Below the pieces are notes generated by a model that did not search any database, was not told the DNA's origin, and worked only from the letters and a program-made list of their open reading frames with translations. From positions 64,001-128,000 of the forward strand of contig CAVSGI010000006.1 of assembly GCA_963727445.1 (NCBI GenBank): a stretch of DNA of 64,000 bases, written 5' to 3'. Below are positions 26,551-37,106 of the stretch, one piece after another. The position numbers and the translations under genes are program-made. Position 1 is the stretch's first letter. Every line of letters begins with the position of its first letter. Origin of the DNA: an uncultured delta proteobacterium (GTDB taxonomy: Bacteria; Myxococcota_A; Polyangia; Polyangiales; B10-G4).

Positions 26551-28737
26551 ATGCGTAGTGCTGCTTTGATTGCCGCTTCCTTCGTCCTCTTCGGCCTCGC
26601 CTGCACTTCGGGGGGCGACGACGCCTCGGGCCTGCCCGACGTGGGCTTCGACGTCGGGCCGATGGACGGGGGATCGGACACACGTCCCGAGCCCGTCGAG
26701 GAGACCTGCACCGCCGACAGCATGGACAGCACGCTGGGGCAGGCGTGCTCGGGCGACGCCGAGTGCGACGACGGCTGCTACTGCAACGGAGTCGAGCTGT
26801 GCTCGGGCGGCACGTGCGTCGCGGGCTCGGATCCGTGTCCGGACGAGGTCGACTGCACCGCCGATTCGTGCCTCGAGGAGCTCGACCGCTGCTTCCACGA
26901 TCCGCAGCACGAGATGTGTGCGGACGGCGACGCCTGCAACGGCGCCGAGATCTGCGACATCTCGATGGGCTGCCGGCCAGCGTCCCCGCTCTATTGCAAC
27001 GACGAGAACGCCTGCACCGTCGACAGCTGCGACACGACGGAGGGCTGCGTCTACACGCTCCGCGACCTCGACGGGGACGGCTTCGTGGATGGCCGCTGCG
27101 GCGGTGAGGACTGCGACGACGACCCGCGCTTCGGAATGAACATCTATCCCGGAGCGACGGAGGACTGCCGCAATGGTCGCGACGACGACTGCAACGGGCT
27201 TCGCGATTTCACGGACCCGGCGTGCGTGCCCACCAACGACGACTGCTCGAGCGCGGAGATGCTCCCCGGTCCGGGGCGGTATTCGGGCTCGACGGCGGGG
27301 CTCACGGACGACATCGCGGTCGGCTGCGACAGCTCCGGCCTCGACGCCGTCTACCGCTTCAACCTGCCGATGACGCAGGACGTGCGGGTCTCACTCGCCG
27401 GGGGCGGCACCGGGACGTCGATCGCGCTTCGCCCCTGGGGCTCCTGCGCGAGCGGGCCGGACGACAAGTGCAGCGCCGCGACGCCGCCGACCATCCTGCG
27501 CCGTAGCCTGCCGCCCGGCGACTACGCGATCATCGTCAAGACCACCACCGGCTCGCCTTTCGACATCCTCTTGATGTTCGACGCGCCGACGCCGATTCCG
27601 CCGGTCGACGTCTGCAACGCGATGACCGAGGACGTCTCCGCGGGCGGCACCTTCACCGGGTTCTTCGCCGAGGTCGACGACGACTACACGCTGTCCTGCC
27701 ACAGCGGCTCGGGCTGGCTGGACGCCGCCTACAAGTTCACCATCACCTCGCCCAAGGACGTGACCATCACCGGCAGCACCTCGGGCGCCGCGTGGACACC
27801 GACCACCTACGTGTCGCTGCTCACCGACTGCAGCGACTCCTCCACCACGCTGCAGTGCGTCACGGGCACTTCGTCGATGCTCAGACGACGTGGCCTGCCG
27901 GCGGGCACCTATTACGTCCTGCTCGAGTCGAGCGCGACCGACGCGACCATGTGGAGCCTGGACGTCAGCATCACCGATCCGTTGCCGCGCACCGCGGGCG
28001 ACGCCTGTTCGAGCGCGGTGGACATCACCAGCTCCATGGGCAGCGTGGACCTGGCGACGCAGGAGTTCGACGTCGGCACGGGCTGCGGCGGCGCCTCCAC
28101 GATCTATCGGGACACGTTCTTCTACTTCGATCTCGCCACCACGCGGGACGTGACGCTCGAGACGAACGCTGCGGGCGCGTTCCACTATGTCTCGTTGAAC
28201 GACGCCTGCGGCGTGGTGGGGAGCGAGATCCGCTGCCGCAACGGAAGCGGCACCCTGACCAACACCTTCCGCAGCCTACCGCCCGGGCGCTACTTCGTGA
28301 CCACCGCCACCACCGCCTCCGCGGGCATGGTGACGGCGCAGATCACCACCGCGCCTCCGACGCCGATCCCACCGAACGATCGGTGCAGCGGTGCCATCGA
28401 GGTGGGCATGGGCTACTCGAGCGTCGACACCGTCATCGACTTCGAGGACGACGTTGTCGGCTGTACGGGAACGAACGAGCCAGACGCCTTCTACCAGATC
28501 ACACTGACGACGCGTCAGCGTGTGCTCATCACCGCCGACGGTATGCCCGGGACGGCCTCCACGTACCTGACCCTGCGCAACGTGTGCGGCTCCGGCACCA
28601 ACCTCGCGTGTGGCTCGGGCGACCCCGCGACCATCTCCCAGACCCTCGACCCTGGCACCTACTACCTGATCGTGGAGTCGCCGAGCTTCACGAGCGCCCA
28701 CGACTACCGTCTGGACGTGGTGATCCTCGCGCCGTAG
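26551..28737 (+). CDS. Paralogous Cys-rich lipoprotein with MopE-related motif and four PPC-like repeats
   Basis: Lipobox GLAC; EDCRNGRDDDCNG; LPPGDY, LPAGTYY, LPPGRY, LDPGTYY. Confidence 0.85.
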   Translation: MRSAALIAASFVLFGLACTSGGDDASGLPDVGFDVGPMDGGSDTRPEPVEETCTADSMDSTLGQACSGDAECDDGCYCNGVELCSGGTCVAGSDPCPDEVDCTADSCLEELDRCFHDPQHEMCADGDACNGAEICDISMGCRPASPLYCNDENACTVDSCDTTEGCVYTLRDLDGDGFVDGRCGGEDCDDDPRFGMNIYPGATEDCRNGRDDDCNGLRDFTDPACVPTNDDCSSAEMLPGPGRYSGSTAGLTDDIAVGCDSSGLDAVYRFNLPMTQDVRVSLAGGGTGTSIALRPWGSCASGPDDKCSAATPPTILRRSLPPGDYAIIVKTTTGSPFDILLMFDAPTPIPPVDVCNAMTEDVSAGGTFTGFFAEVDDDYTLSCHSGSGWLDAAYKFTITSPKDVTITGSTSGAAWTPTTYVSLLTDCSDSSTTLQCVTGTSSMLRRRGLPAGTYYVLLESSATDATMWSLDVSITDPLPRTAGDACSSAVDITSSMGSVDLATQEFDVGTGCGGASTIYRDTFFYFDLATTRDVTLETNAAGAFHYVSLNDACGVVGSEIRCRNGSGTLTNTFRSLPPGRYFVTTATTASAGMVTAQITTAPPTPIPPNDRCSGAIEVGMGYSSVDTVIDFEDDVVGCTGTNEPDAFYQITLTTRQRVLITADGMPGTASTYLTLRNVCGSGTNLACGSGDPATISQTLDPGTYYLIVESPSFTSAHDYRLDVVILAP

Positions 28738-28752
28738 TCCGAGCTGCCCGCC

Positions 28753-29610
28753 TCAGGTCGCGACGACTTCGTGAAACTTCCGCACGTCGAGGACGAGGCG
28801 ACCGTCCTCGCGCTCCGACAGCACGTCGGCGAGTCGGTGCCCGAAGAGGATCTCGGTGTCCGTGTAGGTATAGACGGAGTGGACGAGCATCCGCGTGGTC
28901 TCGTCGATGCCGCTCACGGCGACCATGAGCTCGACTTCCTTTTCCGCGAGGTCCTCGGCGGTGAGCCCGGCGAAGGGGCTGTCGTCGTCGATGGCGTGCA
29001 TGATGTTGAAGGAGCGCGCGAGCACCGGGGCCTCGCTGCGCACCAGCGGGAGATCGAGGAGGCGGTAGAAGGTCTGGCCCTCCGCCGTGACGCTGGTGAA
29101 GGTGAAGACGACCTTCACCTGGGCGTCGAGGACCGAGTCGCCGCGGTCGTTGCCGATACGAAACATGAGGGTGGGCACCCCGTCGAAGGGCGTGATCACC
29201 GCGGCGCGTGAGAACACGATCCGCGCCCGAGAGACCGCGAACTTCGTGAAGACCATCCCGGTCGCGATCGCGGTGTAGAGGACGCCGAGGATCGATTCGG
29301 CGATCACCAGCACGTTGGCGACCCGCGAGGTCGGGTGCATCGAGCCGTACCCGATGGTGGCCAGCGTCTGGACGCTGAAGTCGAAGGCGTCCGCGAAGGA
29401 TCCGGGCGCGGCGTTTTCGATGCCCCCGGTCCACACGTATGCAGCAGCGAAGACCAGGTTGATGAGCACGAAGACGCTGGTGATGGCGGCGACGATCACG
29501 CTCCAGCGGGCGCGGAGCAGACCGCGATACACATCCCGAAGCGGATGATGGCGCACGCCCACGATGAGAGGGCGGGTGTCGGGGGGCGGGCCGCTCGGGG
29601 TGTCGCTCAC
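28753..29610 (-). CDS. Inward-rectifier potassium channel (KirBac family)
   Basis: FSVQTLATIGYG filter, IVFSRAAVI, GVPTLMFRIGN, HAIDDDSP, VSGIDET; start uncertain. Confidence 0.9.
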   Translation of the reverse strand: MSDTPSGPPPDTRPLIVGVRHHPLRDVYRGLLRARWSVIVAAITSVFVLINLVFAAAYVWTGGIENAAPGSFADAFDFSVQTLATIGYGSMHPTSRVANVLVIAESILGVLYTAIATGMVFTKFAVSRARIVFSRAAVITPFDGVPTLMFRIGNDRGDSVLDAQVKVVFTFTSVTAEGQTFYRLLDLPLVRSEAPVLARSFNIMHAIDDDSPFAGLTAEDLAEKEVELMVAVSGIDETTRMLVHSVYTYTDTEILFGHRLADVLSEREDGRLVLDVRKFHEVVAT

Positions 29611-29703
29611 GGGCCGGATCGTCGAGGGGGCAGGGCGGTGCGGCAAGAAAGCGGCGCGGACGATCGGAAGGGGTGGGACGCCGAACAACGCGTTTGCGAC
29701 TTG

Positions 29704-30345
29704 CTATCCTCTCGGCAGGGCACCTGCCACGCCGCAACGATGGACGCGCCCCTGCATCGAGAGGGCGCGGCCCGCGTAGCGTACGGGGACGCCGAAGGTC
29801 GCCTCGGAGAGCGTGTCTTGGAGGATGCGCACGCGCGCCGCGCGGCAGTGCGGCGGCGCGACCTCCTCCCAGGGGATGCGGTAGAGCGTCTCGCCCTTTC
29901 GCGTCAGGGCGACGCGCGGAGGCGGGGCCTCCAGCGCCTCCTCGGTTTCCTCAATCTCGGCCACGAGCGTTCCGCGAGGCGTCTCGACGGCGACGCGGTG
30001 TGGGTCGACGGAGAGCCGCGCGGCCCGAACGGGGTAGCGGATCAGAGCCGCGCCCGTGGCGCGCACGAAAGCACTGTCGAGGTCGCAGGCGACGGAGAGC
30101 CACGCGGCGGCGCCCTCGTGTCGCACGCCGACGCGAAAGAGCGCTTCGTGGTAGTCGAGGCGTGGGCCGGGGAGTGCCCGCGGCCGCAGGCCGTCCATCC
30201 AGAAGAAGAGGACGTTGACCGGGACCGTCCCGTCCGGGTTCTCTTCGGCCTCCACCCCCGGGGGCAGCGCCGCCGCGAGAGCCGGATCGGCCGAGCCACT
30301 GAGCTCGACGGTGAATCGCTCTACGCCCTCGACAATGGTGCGCAC
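29704..30345 (-). CDS. Hypothetical protein (acetoacetate decarboxylase/DUF2071-like)
   Basis: ALPPGVE, LFFWMDGLRP..LDYHEALFRVGV..AWLSVACD; weak family resemblance only. Confidence 0.45.
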   Translation of the reverse strand: MRTIVEGVERFTVELSGSADPALAAALPPGVEAEENPDGTVPVNVLFFWMDGLRPRALPGPRLDYHEALFRVGVRHEGAAAWLSVACDLDSAFVRATGAALIRYPVRAARLSVDPHRVAVETPRGTLVAEIEETEEALEAPPPRVALTRKGETLYRIPWEEVAPPHCRAARVRILQDTLSEATFGVPVRYAGRALSMQGRVHRCGVAGALPRG

Positions 30346-30370
30346 GCCACAACCTTACGATGGAGGCGCG

Positions 30371-31336
30371 CTACCGCGGATACTGCGGCAGCTTCGCCTT
30401 CTCCGGGTCGAACTTGTCGGTCTCGACGAAGACGTAGCGGGCGAGGGGGACGGTGGTGCGGATGCGGTGCTCGAGGGCGTTGGTGCGTTCGACGACGTCG
30501 TCGACGGTGAGCTCCTCGTCCCATTCGATTTTGATCGCCGCCAGGAACTCGTCGTCGCCGAGCTGCATGGTGCGCAGGTTCATCAAGCGGGCGACGCCTT
30601 CGGTGTTCAGCGTCAGCTCTCGGATCGCCTCCTGAGACTCCTTGCTCGCCGCCTCTCCGATGAGGAGCGACTTGGTCTCGCGGGCGACGAAGAAGGCGAT
30701 GAGGACCAGGAGCACGCCGATGGCGAAGGTCGCGTAGACGTCCCAGTGCGGCTGGCCGGTCACCAGAACCAGCACGATGCCAATGAGCGCCAGGAACAGG
30801 CCGATCAGGGCGCCGGTGTCCTCCATCCAGATGACGATGATCTCGGTGGACTTCGACCCCTCGATGTAGCGGATCAGCCCCTCGTCGCCGCGGAGGCTGT
30901 TGATCTCGCGCGTGGCCGCGATCCACGACATTCCTTCGAGGATGATGGCCACCACCAGCACGCCGATGGCCACCTCCGGATGCTGCATGTGGTACGGCTC
31001 GCCGCTCGCGAGGTGCGCCTTGAGCTCGTGCAGCTTCTCCACGCCTTCGTAGAGGGCGAAGAGCCCACCGAGGGTGAAGAGCATCACCGCCACGATGAAG
31101 CTCCAGAAGTAGCTCTCCATCTTGTAGCCGAAGGGATGCCGCTCGTCGGGAGGCCGCGAGGCCTTCTTCATCCCCCACAAGAGCAGGATTCTGATTCCCC
31201 GTGTCCGCCAGGGAGTGGATCGCCTCGGCCAGCAGCGACGCCGACCGCGTCAGAAAGAACGCGACGAACTTCGCCAGCGCGATGCCCATGTTCGCCGCGA
31301 GGGCGAGGAAGACCACCTTTTTGACCCGTGTGCCAT
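30371..31336 (-). CDS. Cation diffusion facilitator transporter with two frameshifts (~31320, ~31190)
   Basis: MAHGS / KKVVFLALAAN..AEAIHSLADTGNQ / HPFGYKMESYFW..EDTGAL..SLLIGE; the first break lies in a T homopolymer. Confidence 0.85.
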
Positions 31337-31404
31337 GGGGCAGGGGCGGGACTCTACCCCATTTCGAGGGAGTGGCTGGTCGGGAGATGGCCTTCCTGGG
31401 CAGG

Positions 31405-31803
31405 CTACGGGTTGGTGGCCCCGGAGCACCAGCCGGCCGTGCCACCGCCTCTTGTCGTGCAGTGTTCTCCGGCCAGGCAGTCGACGTCGCCGTTGCAGGC
31501 GACCCCGCCTTGGCAGAGGCCCGCGATGCAGGCCGCCCGGCGCTCGGCCGTGTCGGCCGGTCCGATGCAGCCATCGCACTCGATCCCCGGCTCGCATCCG
31601 ATGTGCGCGCGGTACTTCTCCTCGTATGCTTGGTTGATTGCCTCGAGGTCATCGAGGGTGGCGCCGCACCCACAACACACGCTCAGGACCACGATGCAGT
31701 CCGCGTCCACCGTGCACGTGCGCATCTCGGTGAGCGAGGGGCTTTGATTGCAAGCACCGAGGAGCAGCGGCACGAAGAGAAGCGTCGCGAGCGCACTGCG
31801 CAT
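31405..31803 (-). CDS. Small Cys-rich lipoprotein
   Basis: MRSALATLLFVPLLLGAC lipobox; CTVDADC..CCGC..CNGDVDC. Confidence 0.7.
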   Translation of the reverse strand: MRSALATLLFVPLLLGACNQSPSLTEMRTCTVDADCIVVLSVCCGCGATLDDLEAINQAYEEKYRAHIGCEPGIECDGCIGPADTAERRAACIAGLCQGGVACNGDVDCLAGEHCTTRGGGTAGWCSGATNP

Positions 31804-32018
31804 GAGCCATATGGTATCACTCGATCCGCTCGCGGGCTGTCGGCCTACGGGGGTGACAGGACAGGACGGGGCGGGCGCGGGTTCGCCTCGTGCGTGCGGT
31901 CCGTCTGGACGGCCTCGACCTCGCTCGCCTTGTGGGACGTGCCTGGCCGCCGGGCCCCCCGCATTTTTCTCGTGCCGAAATTTTGCCCACTCTGGCCCAA
32001 GCGGGTTACCCGACATGC

Positions 32019-32837
32019 ATGGCAAATGGAGGCAGTGGGATCCGGCCGTTTCCGTTCTTCCGCGCTGGGGTGAGGGCGGACCCCACCGTGGGGGCGAAGC
32101 CGGTCCTGGCGCTCGAGGGCGTGACGAAGTTCTTCAAGCCCGACGTACCCACCCTTCGCGACGTGAACCTCACGGTAGAGCGGGGCGAGTTCCTCTTCAT
32201 CACCGGGCCGAGCGGCGCCGGGAAGAGCACGCTCCTTTCCCTCGTCTACCGCGCAGAGACACCGGACGACGGGCGGATCCTCTTCTCGGGCCGGGACGTG
32301 GCGCGCCTCGCGCCCAAGTCCATCCCCTACCTCCGCCGCAACCTCGGGATCGTCTTCCAGGACTTCAAGGTCGTGGACCACTGGACGGTCTTCGAGAACG
32401 TCGCCGTCGCCCTCGAGATCCTCGACATGCCCCGGCGCCTCGTCCGCGCCCGTGTCGCCGAGGCCCTCGAGCGCGTAGGGCTCGCCGGTCGAGGCGACGA
32501 CCGGACCGAGAACCTCAGCGGCGGCGAGATGCAGCGCTGCGCCGTCGCCCGCGCCATCGTCACCGAACCCGCACTGCTGCTCGCCGACGAGCCCACCGGA
32601 AACCTCGACCCCCACCTCGCGCTCGACATCCTCACGCTCTTCGAGGAGATCAACGCGACGGGCACGACGGTTCTCTTCGCCACCCACGATCACTCCCTCA
32701 TCTCCAAGCGAACCCACCGCATCGTCTCCCTCGAAGACGGCCGCATCTCCGAAGCGCGCGGCGGCCTCAAGAGCTGGCACGGCCGGCTCTCGAAGCCCCT
32801 CGCGCCCGCGGAAGCGGACGGAGGCAAGGCCGCATGA
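32019..32837 (+). CDS. ftsE: Cell division ATP-binding protein FtsE (start may be 32088)
   Basis: GPSGAGKST, IPYLRRNLGIVFQDFK, LSGGE, LLADEPTGNLD, FATHD; coupled to ftsX. Confidence 0.9.
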   Translation: MANGGSGIRPFPFFRAGVRADPTVGAKPVLALEGVTKFFKPDVPTLRDVNLTVERGEFLFITGPSGAGKSTLLSLVYRAETPDDGRILFSGRDVARLAPKSIPYLRRNLGIVFQDFKVVDHWTVFENVAVALEILDMPRRLVRARVAEALERVGLAGRGDDRTENLSGGEMQRCAVARAIVTEPALLLADEPTGNLDPHLALDILTLFEEINATGTTVLFATHDHSLISKRTHRIVSLEDGRISEARGGLKSWHGRLSKPLAPAEADGGKAA

Positions 32838-33715
32838 ACCTCAAGACCGCCATCGTCCGCGCGCGTCGCGGCCTTCGCGAGGACCTCACTCTCTACATCG
32901 TCGCCGTCTCCAGCCTGACGGTGGCCTTCCTCTGTCTCGCCGCGACGCTCCTCGCCGTCCAGAACCTCTCGGGTCTCGCCGAGAGCTGGGGCGAGAGCCG
33001 CCGCATGACCATCTACCTCGTCGACGGCGCCCGCCGCGCCGACGTCGAACAGCTGGTCGTCCTCCTCGACGGTCTGCCCGAAGTACGTACCGTCGAACAC
33101 GTCAGCTCCGCCGAAGCGCGCACCCAGTTCCTCGAGCAGACCCGGCTCGATGGTGAGCTCGGCGACCTTCCTCCCGATGTCTTCCCGTCGTCCCTCGAGG
33201 TCACTCTCGGCTCTCAGGTCACGGTGGAGCGCGCCGCCAGCGTCGCCAGCCGCGTCCAGCGCTTCGGCGCGGTCGAGGATGTCGAGACCTACGCCGCCTG
33301 GTTCGGCCAGCTCGAAGCGCTCCTCGCTACCGGGCGCCTCCTCGCGCTCGGCCTCGCGCTCCTGGTCGGATTCTGTGTGCTGGCCGTCGTCGGCAACACC
33401 ATCCGCCTCGCGCTCGCGAGCCGCCGGCGCGAGATCGAGGTCATGAAGCTCTGCGGCGCGACGGACGCCTTCGTCCGCGGTCCCTTCGTCGTCGAAGGGG
33501 CGGCCTCCGGGCTGGTCGCCGCGGCGATGGCCGTGGTGATACTCGGCCTGTCCTATCTGGCTCTGCGCGGCCAGCTCGACGCGAGCCTCGCGCTCCTCAC
33601 GGGCACCGACATCAGCTTTCTGACCCTGCCGACCGTCACCGCGATGATCCTCGGTGGCGGCCTCATCGGCGCCTTCGGCAGCGCGCTCTCCCTGCGGCGC
33701 TATCTCTCGGCATGA
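32834..33715 (+). CDS. ftsX: Cell division permease FtsX
   Basis: NTIRLAL..RRREIEVMKLCGATDAFVRGPFVVEG. Confidence 0.9.
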   Translation: MNLKTAIVRARRGLREDLTLYIVAVSSLTVAFLCLAATLLAVQNLSGLAESWGESRRMTIYLVDGARRADVEQLVVLLDGLPEVRTVEHVSSAEARTQFLEQTRLDGELGDLPPDVFPSSLEVTLGSQVTVERAASVASRVQRFGAVEDVETYAAWFGQLEALLATGRLLALGLALLVGFCVLAVVGNTIRLALASRRREIEVMKLCGATDAFVRGPFVVEGAASGLVAAAMAVVILGLSYLALRGQLDASLALLTGTDISFLTLPTVTAMILGGGLIGAFGSALSLRRYLSA

Positions 33716-34704
33716 AGCGGCGCTTCCTGGTCCTGCTCCTCGCGCTCGTCGGCGGCACCTGCATGCAGCCGGCCTTCGCGCAGCCGGCGGCCACTGGCTT
33801 CGCTTCGGCCCCCTCTCGGCCCGGGGCCACGGTAGACGAGGAGATCGCCCGGACGATGGCGACGCTCGAGCAGAAGCAGGCGGAAAAGGATTGCGTCGAC
33901 GCCGAGATCGAGGGCCTCGCCACGCGTCGCACGGCGGCCCAGCGGCGACTTCGTAGCCGCACGCGGGCGCTCTATCGCATCACGCGCGCCGGCATGCTCC
34001 CCCTCGCGGGCGGCTTCCCCGCGCTGCTGTCACATCTGTCGCGCGTCGACCGCCTCGAGCGCATGGTGGCGAGAGACGCCGACGGGCTCAGCACCCTCTC
34101 CGAGCGCGGCGCCGCGCTCCGAGAGGCGACGGGGGATCTCGCCTCCGACATCGCCACCGCCGAGGCGCGTCTCAGCGAGCTGCAGGGGCAGCGCACGCGC
34201 CTCGAGGACCTCTCGCTCCGCACCGACTTCTGGGATCGCGGCTTCGCCTCGCCCGGCTTCGGGCCCGGCTCCGATACCCTGGGCACGGGAGGCGCGATGG
34301 GCTGGGGCGCCATCTCCCTCGCCGATCCCTCCGCGCGGCCGTCCTTCTCGTCGCAGCGTGGGCGTCTGGGCATGCCGGTGGCGGGGCGCGTCGACGTGCG
34401 GCCGGGCGACCGCGGCGACGGACCCGGCGTCGAGGTCTTCGCCTCTCACGGCGCCGTGGTCCGCGCCGTCGACGAGGGGCGGGTGGCCTACGTGGATCGC
34501 CACCCGGGCTACGGGCCGATGGTCATCGTCGATCACGGCGACAGCTACTTCACCGTCTACGGCGGCATCGACACCACCAGCGTCATGGTCGGCCAGAGCG
34601 TGCGCCGCGGTGAAGCCCTGGGATCGGTCGGCGGTCAGGCGATCTTCTTCCAGGTTCGCCGCGGAACGCGCGCCCTCGACGCTTCTGCCTGGCTCGGTCT
34701 CTGA
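33712..34704 (+). CDS. envC: EnvC-like murein hydrolase activator (coiled coil plus degenerate M23/LytM)
   Basis: Signal peptide, coiled coil, RGRLGMPVAG, GYGPMVIVDHG; Zn-ligand histidines appear missing; follows ftsEX. Confidence 0.75.
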   Translation: MKRRFLVLLLALVGGTCMQPAFAQPAATGFASAPSRPGATVDEEIARTMATLEQKQAEKDCVDAEIEGLATRRTAAQRRLRSRTRALYRITRAGMLPLAGGFPALLSHLSRVDRLERMVARDADGLSTLSERGAALREATGDLASDIATAEARLSELQGQRTRLEDLSLRTDFWDRGFASPGFGPGSDTLGTGGAMGWGAISLADPSARPSFSSQRGRLGMPVAGRVDVRPGDRGDGPGVEVFASHGAVVRAVDEGRVAYVDRHPGYGPMVIVDHGDSYFTVYGGIDTTSVMVGQSVRRGEALGSVGGQAIFFQVRRGTRALDASAWLGL

Positions 34705-34705
34705 G

Positions 34706-35791
34706 CTACTTCTCGTCGCCGAACACCACGCCGATCGCACGCGCGGTCTGGACGAGCTGCCCCGCCGGGTCGACGCGCTTGTGGTTCGAGAGCGCCTCGT
34801 CGAAGGGCACCGAGACGATGTCGGGCGTGCGCAGCGCGACCATGCGACCGAACTCTCCCCTCGCCACCAGGTCTGCGGCGTGATGACCGAAGCGGGTCGC
34901 AAGGACCCGGTCGAAGTTGCTGGGGCTACCGCCACGTTGGGTGTGGCCGAGCACCGTCACCCGCATCTCGGCGTCCAAGTACGGCTTCAGCCCTTCGGCG
35001 CATACCTGCGCGGCTCCCGAAAGGCGTGCCATCCCACCAGGGACGTGCTCGAGAATGCTCGCCTCGCCGCCCACGGGCTTCGCCCCCTCGGCGACGACGA
35101 TCACGCTGAACGGCATCCCGCGCTCGCGGCGCTCGAGGACACGGTCCGCCACCGCACGGATGCGGTAGGGGATCTCCGGGAGCAGGATGGCATGGGCGCC
35201 GCCAGCGAGGCCGGCGTGCAGCGCGATGAAGCCCGCGTCGCGCCCCATCACCTCGACGAGCATCACCCGATCATGACTCTCCGCCGTGTCGCGGATGCGG
35301 TCGAGGGCCTCGGTGGCGATGCCAACGGCGGTGTCGAAGCCGAAAGTGTAGTCGGTGGCGGCGAGGTCGTTGTCGATGGTCTTGGGCACCCCGACGATGT
35401 TCATGCCGAGGTCGGCGAAGCGCTTGGCGATGCCCATCGATCCGTCGCCGCCGATGGAGATGATCGCCTCGAGCCCCATCTTCCGGTAGTTGTCCATCAC
35501 CTGCGCCGAGACATCGTGCTCCTGGCCATCCCGGAAGAAGCGAAAGGGGTCGCTCTTGTTGGAGGTGCCGAGGATCGTCCCTCCGCGCGGGAGGATGTCC
35601 TTCACCTCGTTCGAGGTGAGCCACCGGTTGCCGTGCGGCGAGCGATAGCCGAGGTCGACGAGCCCGTTGAAGGCGTCCTCGATCCCCAGCATCTCGAAGC
35701 CGTGCCGGTGGGTCCCGACTTTGACCGCTGCGCGAATGACCGCGTTGAGCCCGGGGCAGTCCCCACCCCCGGTCATGATCCCGACCTTCAT
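34706..35791 (-). CDS. pfkA: 6-phosphofructokinase
   Basis: TGGGDCPGLNAVIR, GGTILGTS, IGGDGS, PKTIDND, EVMGRDAG, LGHTQRGG. Confidence 0.93.
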   Translation of the reverse strand: MKVGIMTGGGDCPGLNAVIRAAVKVGTHRHGFEMLGIEDAFNGLVDLGYRSPHGNRWLTSNEVKDILPRGGTILGTSNKSDPFRFFRDGQEHDVSAQVMDNYRKMGLEAIISIGGDGSMGIAKRFADLGMNIVGVPKTIDNDLAATDYTFGFDTAVGIATEALDRIRDTAESHDRVMLVEVMGRDAGFIALHAGLAGGAHAILLPEIPYRIRAVADRVLERRERGMPFSVIVVAEGAKPVGGEASILEHVPGGMARLSGAAQVCAEGLKPYLDAEMRVTVLGHTQRGGSPSNFDRVLATRFGHHAADLVARGEFGRMVALRTPDIVSVPFDEALSNHKRVDPAGQLVQTARAIGVVFGDEK

Positions 35792-35856
35792 CGGCGCTGA
35801 GGGTAACGCTCGTCCGTGGGCTCGTCGACGGATCCCACGCGGGGGACAGGGTCAGC

Positions 35857-37038
35857 TCAAGGCGGCTCGAAGAGGCCCGCATAAGGGTAGGCGCCCCGCA
35901 GGCGCGGCTGGTGCGCGGCCCACGGCCAGGGCGCGGGGTCGCCGGCGAATCGGCCTTCGAACGCGTGCTCGATGAGCGTCTCCGCTTCTTTGGCGTGGGG
36001 GCTGAAGCCCCAGATCGCTTCCTGGGACACGTCGTCGATGTTGGCGTAGTAGCGCCACACGAAGAACCCGGCGAACCAGGGCTCGGGGACGAAGGCGCGG
36101 AACATGGCGTCGAGGGCACGTGTCTGTTCGTGCTCGTCCACGATCACCTGGGCCATGTCGTCCGGCCAGAGCCACGGCTCGACGGCGGCGTCCCGCCGGG
36201 TGGTGTAGCCGACCTCGACGAAGAGCACGGGCATGTCGAGGACCTCGGCGAGCTCGCGCACCTTCGGGACGATGGCCTCGGCGCCGTGGACGTACTCCTC
36301 GAAGGTGGCTCCTTCGTGGTCGGCGAGGGGGTAGAAGGCGTTGATGCCGACGAGATCGAGCTGGTCCCAGAAGAGCACGTCCTCGGCTTCGTCCCAGTTC
36401 GCGCTGTAGGTCAGAAGGCCGGGGAAGACGGCGCGCACCTCGTCGATCAGCGCACGCCAGAAGCGGCCGAAGCGCCCCGACCAGCTCTTGCACTCGACCC
36501 CGATCGAGAACGCATCGGCGCCCGCGCGCGCAGCGTCCTCGGCCCAGCGCACGACGAAGCGCCGGTAGGTCTCGTGGTACGCCTCCCAGTCTTCGGGGGA
36601 GCCGTGCTCAATCTCCCCGCGCCATCCGGTGGTCTCGACCCAGAGGTGGGGGATCACCATCACGCGCAGTCCGCGCGCGTGCGCCTGCGCGACCATGCGA
36701 CGAATCGCTTCGCGGTTGTCGGCGTAGGGGGCCTCGAAATCCATCTTGATCAGCGTGTCGTCGAGGCTCCACAGCCGGCCGAATGGAGTGATGGAGACCC
36801 AACCCGCGTCCATCGCCGCGAGCTCGTCGAGGAGCGCGCCGCTGTACACCGTCCCGTAGCCCCGCCCGGGCTGCTGCGAGGATTCGATGGGGCCGATCGT
36901 GACGCCCCGGATCGCGTCGTAGCCCGCGTCGCGAAAGCCCTCCTTGCCCGGGGGAAGGACGTGCCACGCCGAGGCGGGGGCCGGCGCGGCGACCGCGGCG
37001 ACGAGCGCGGCGAACGGGAGCAGCACGCGGCGGGACAT
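35857..37038 (-). CDS. Secreted GH113-like TIM-barrel glycoside hydrolase
   Basis: Signal peptide; VMVIPHLW, FSIGVE, LTYSANWD, GINAFYPL, PVLFVEVGY, GFFVW. Confidence 0.7.
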   Translation of the reverse strand: MSRRVLLPFAALVAAVAAPAPASAWHVLPPGKEGFRDAGYDAIRGVTIGPIESSQQPGRGYGTVYSGALLDELAAMDAGWVSITPFGRLWSLDDTLIKMDFEAPYADNREAIRRMVAQAHARGLRVMVIPHLWVETTGWRGEIEHGSPEDWEAYHETYRRFVVRWAEDAARAGADAFSIGVECKSWSGRFGRFWRALIDEVRAVFPGLLTYSANWDEAEDVLFWDQLDLVGINAFYPLADHEGATFEEYVHGAEAIVPKVRELAEVLDMPVLFVEVGYTTRRDAAVEPWLWPDDMAQVIVDEHEQTRALDAMFRAFVPEPWFAGFFVWRYYANIDDVSQEAIWGFSPHAKEAETLIEHAFEGRFAGDPAPWPWAAHQPRLRGAYPYAGLFEPP

Positions 37039-37106
37039 CGGCGGCGGAGGATAGCAAAAGCGGGCGGCGATTGTCGTCGTCGTCGTCCTCGCGCATGCTG
37101 CGATGG

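Noticed and set aside
24475..28737. TraA/TraB kin-recognition pair
   Set aside because: No PA14-like domain or MYXO-CTERM tail, and no OmpA/beta-barrel partner recognisable.
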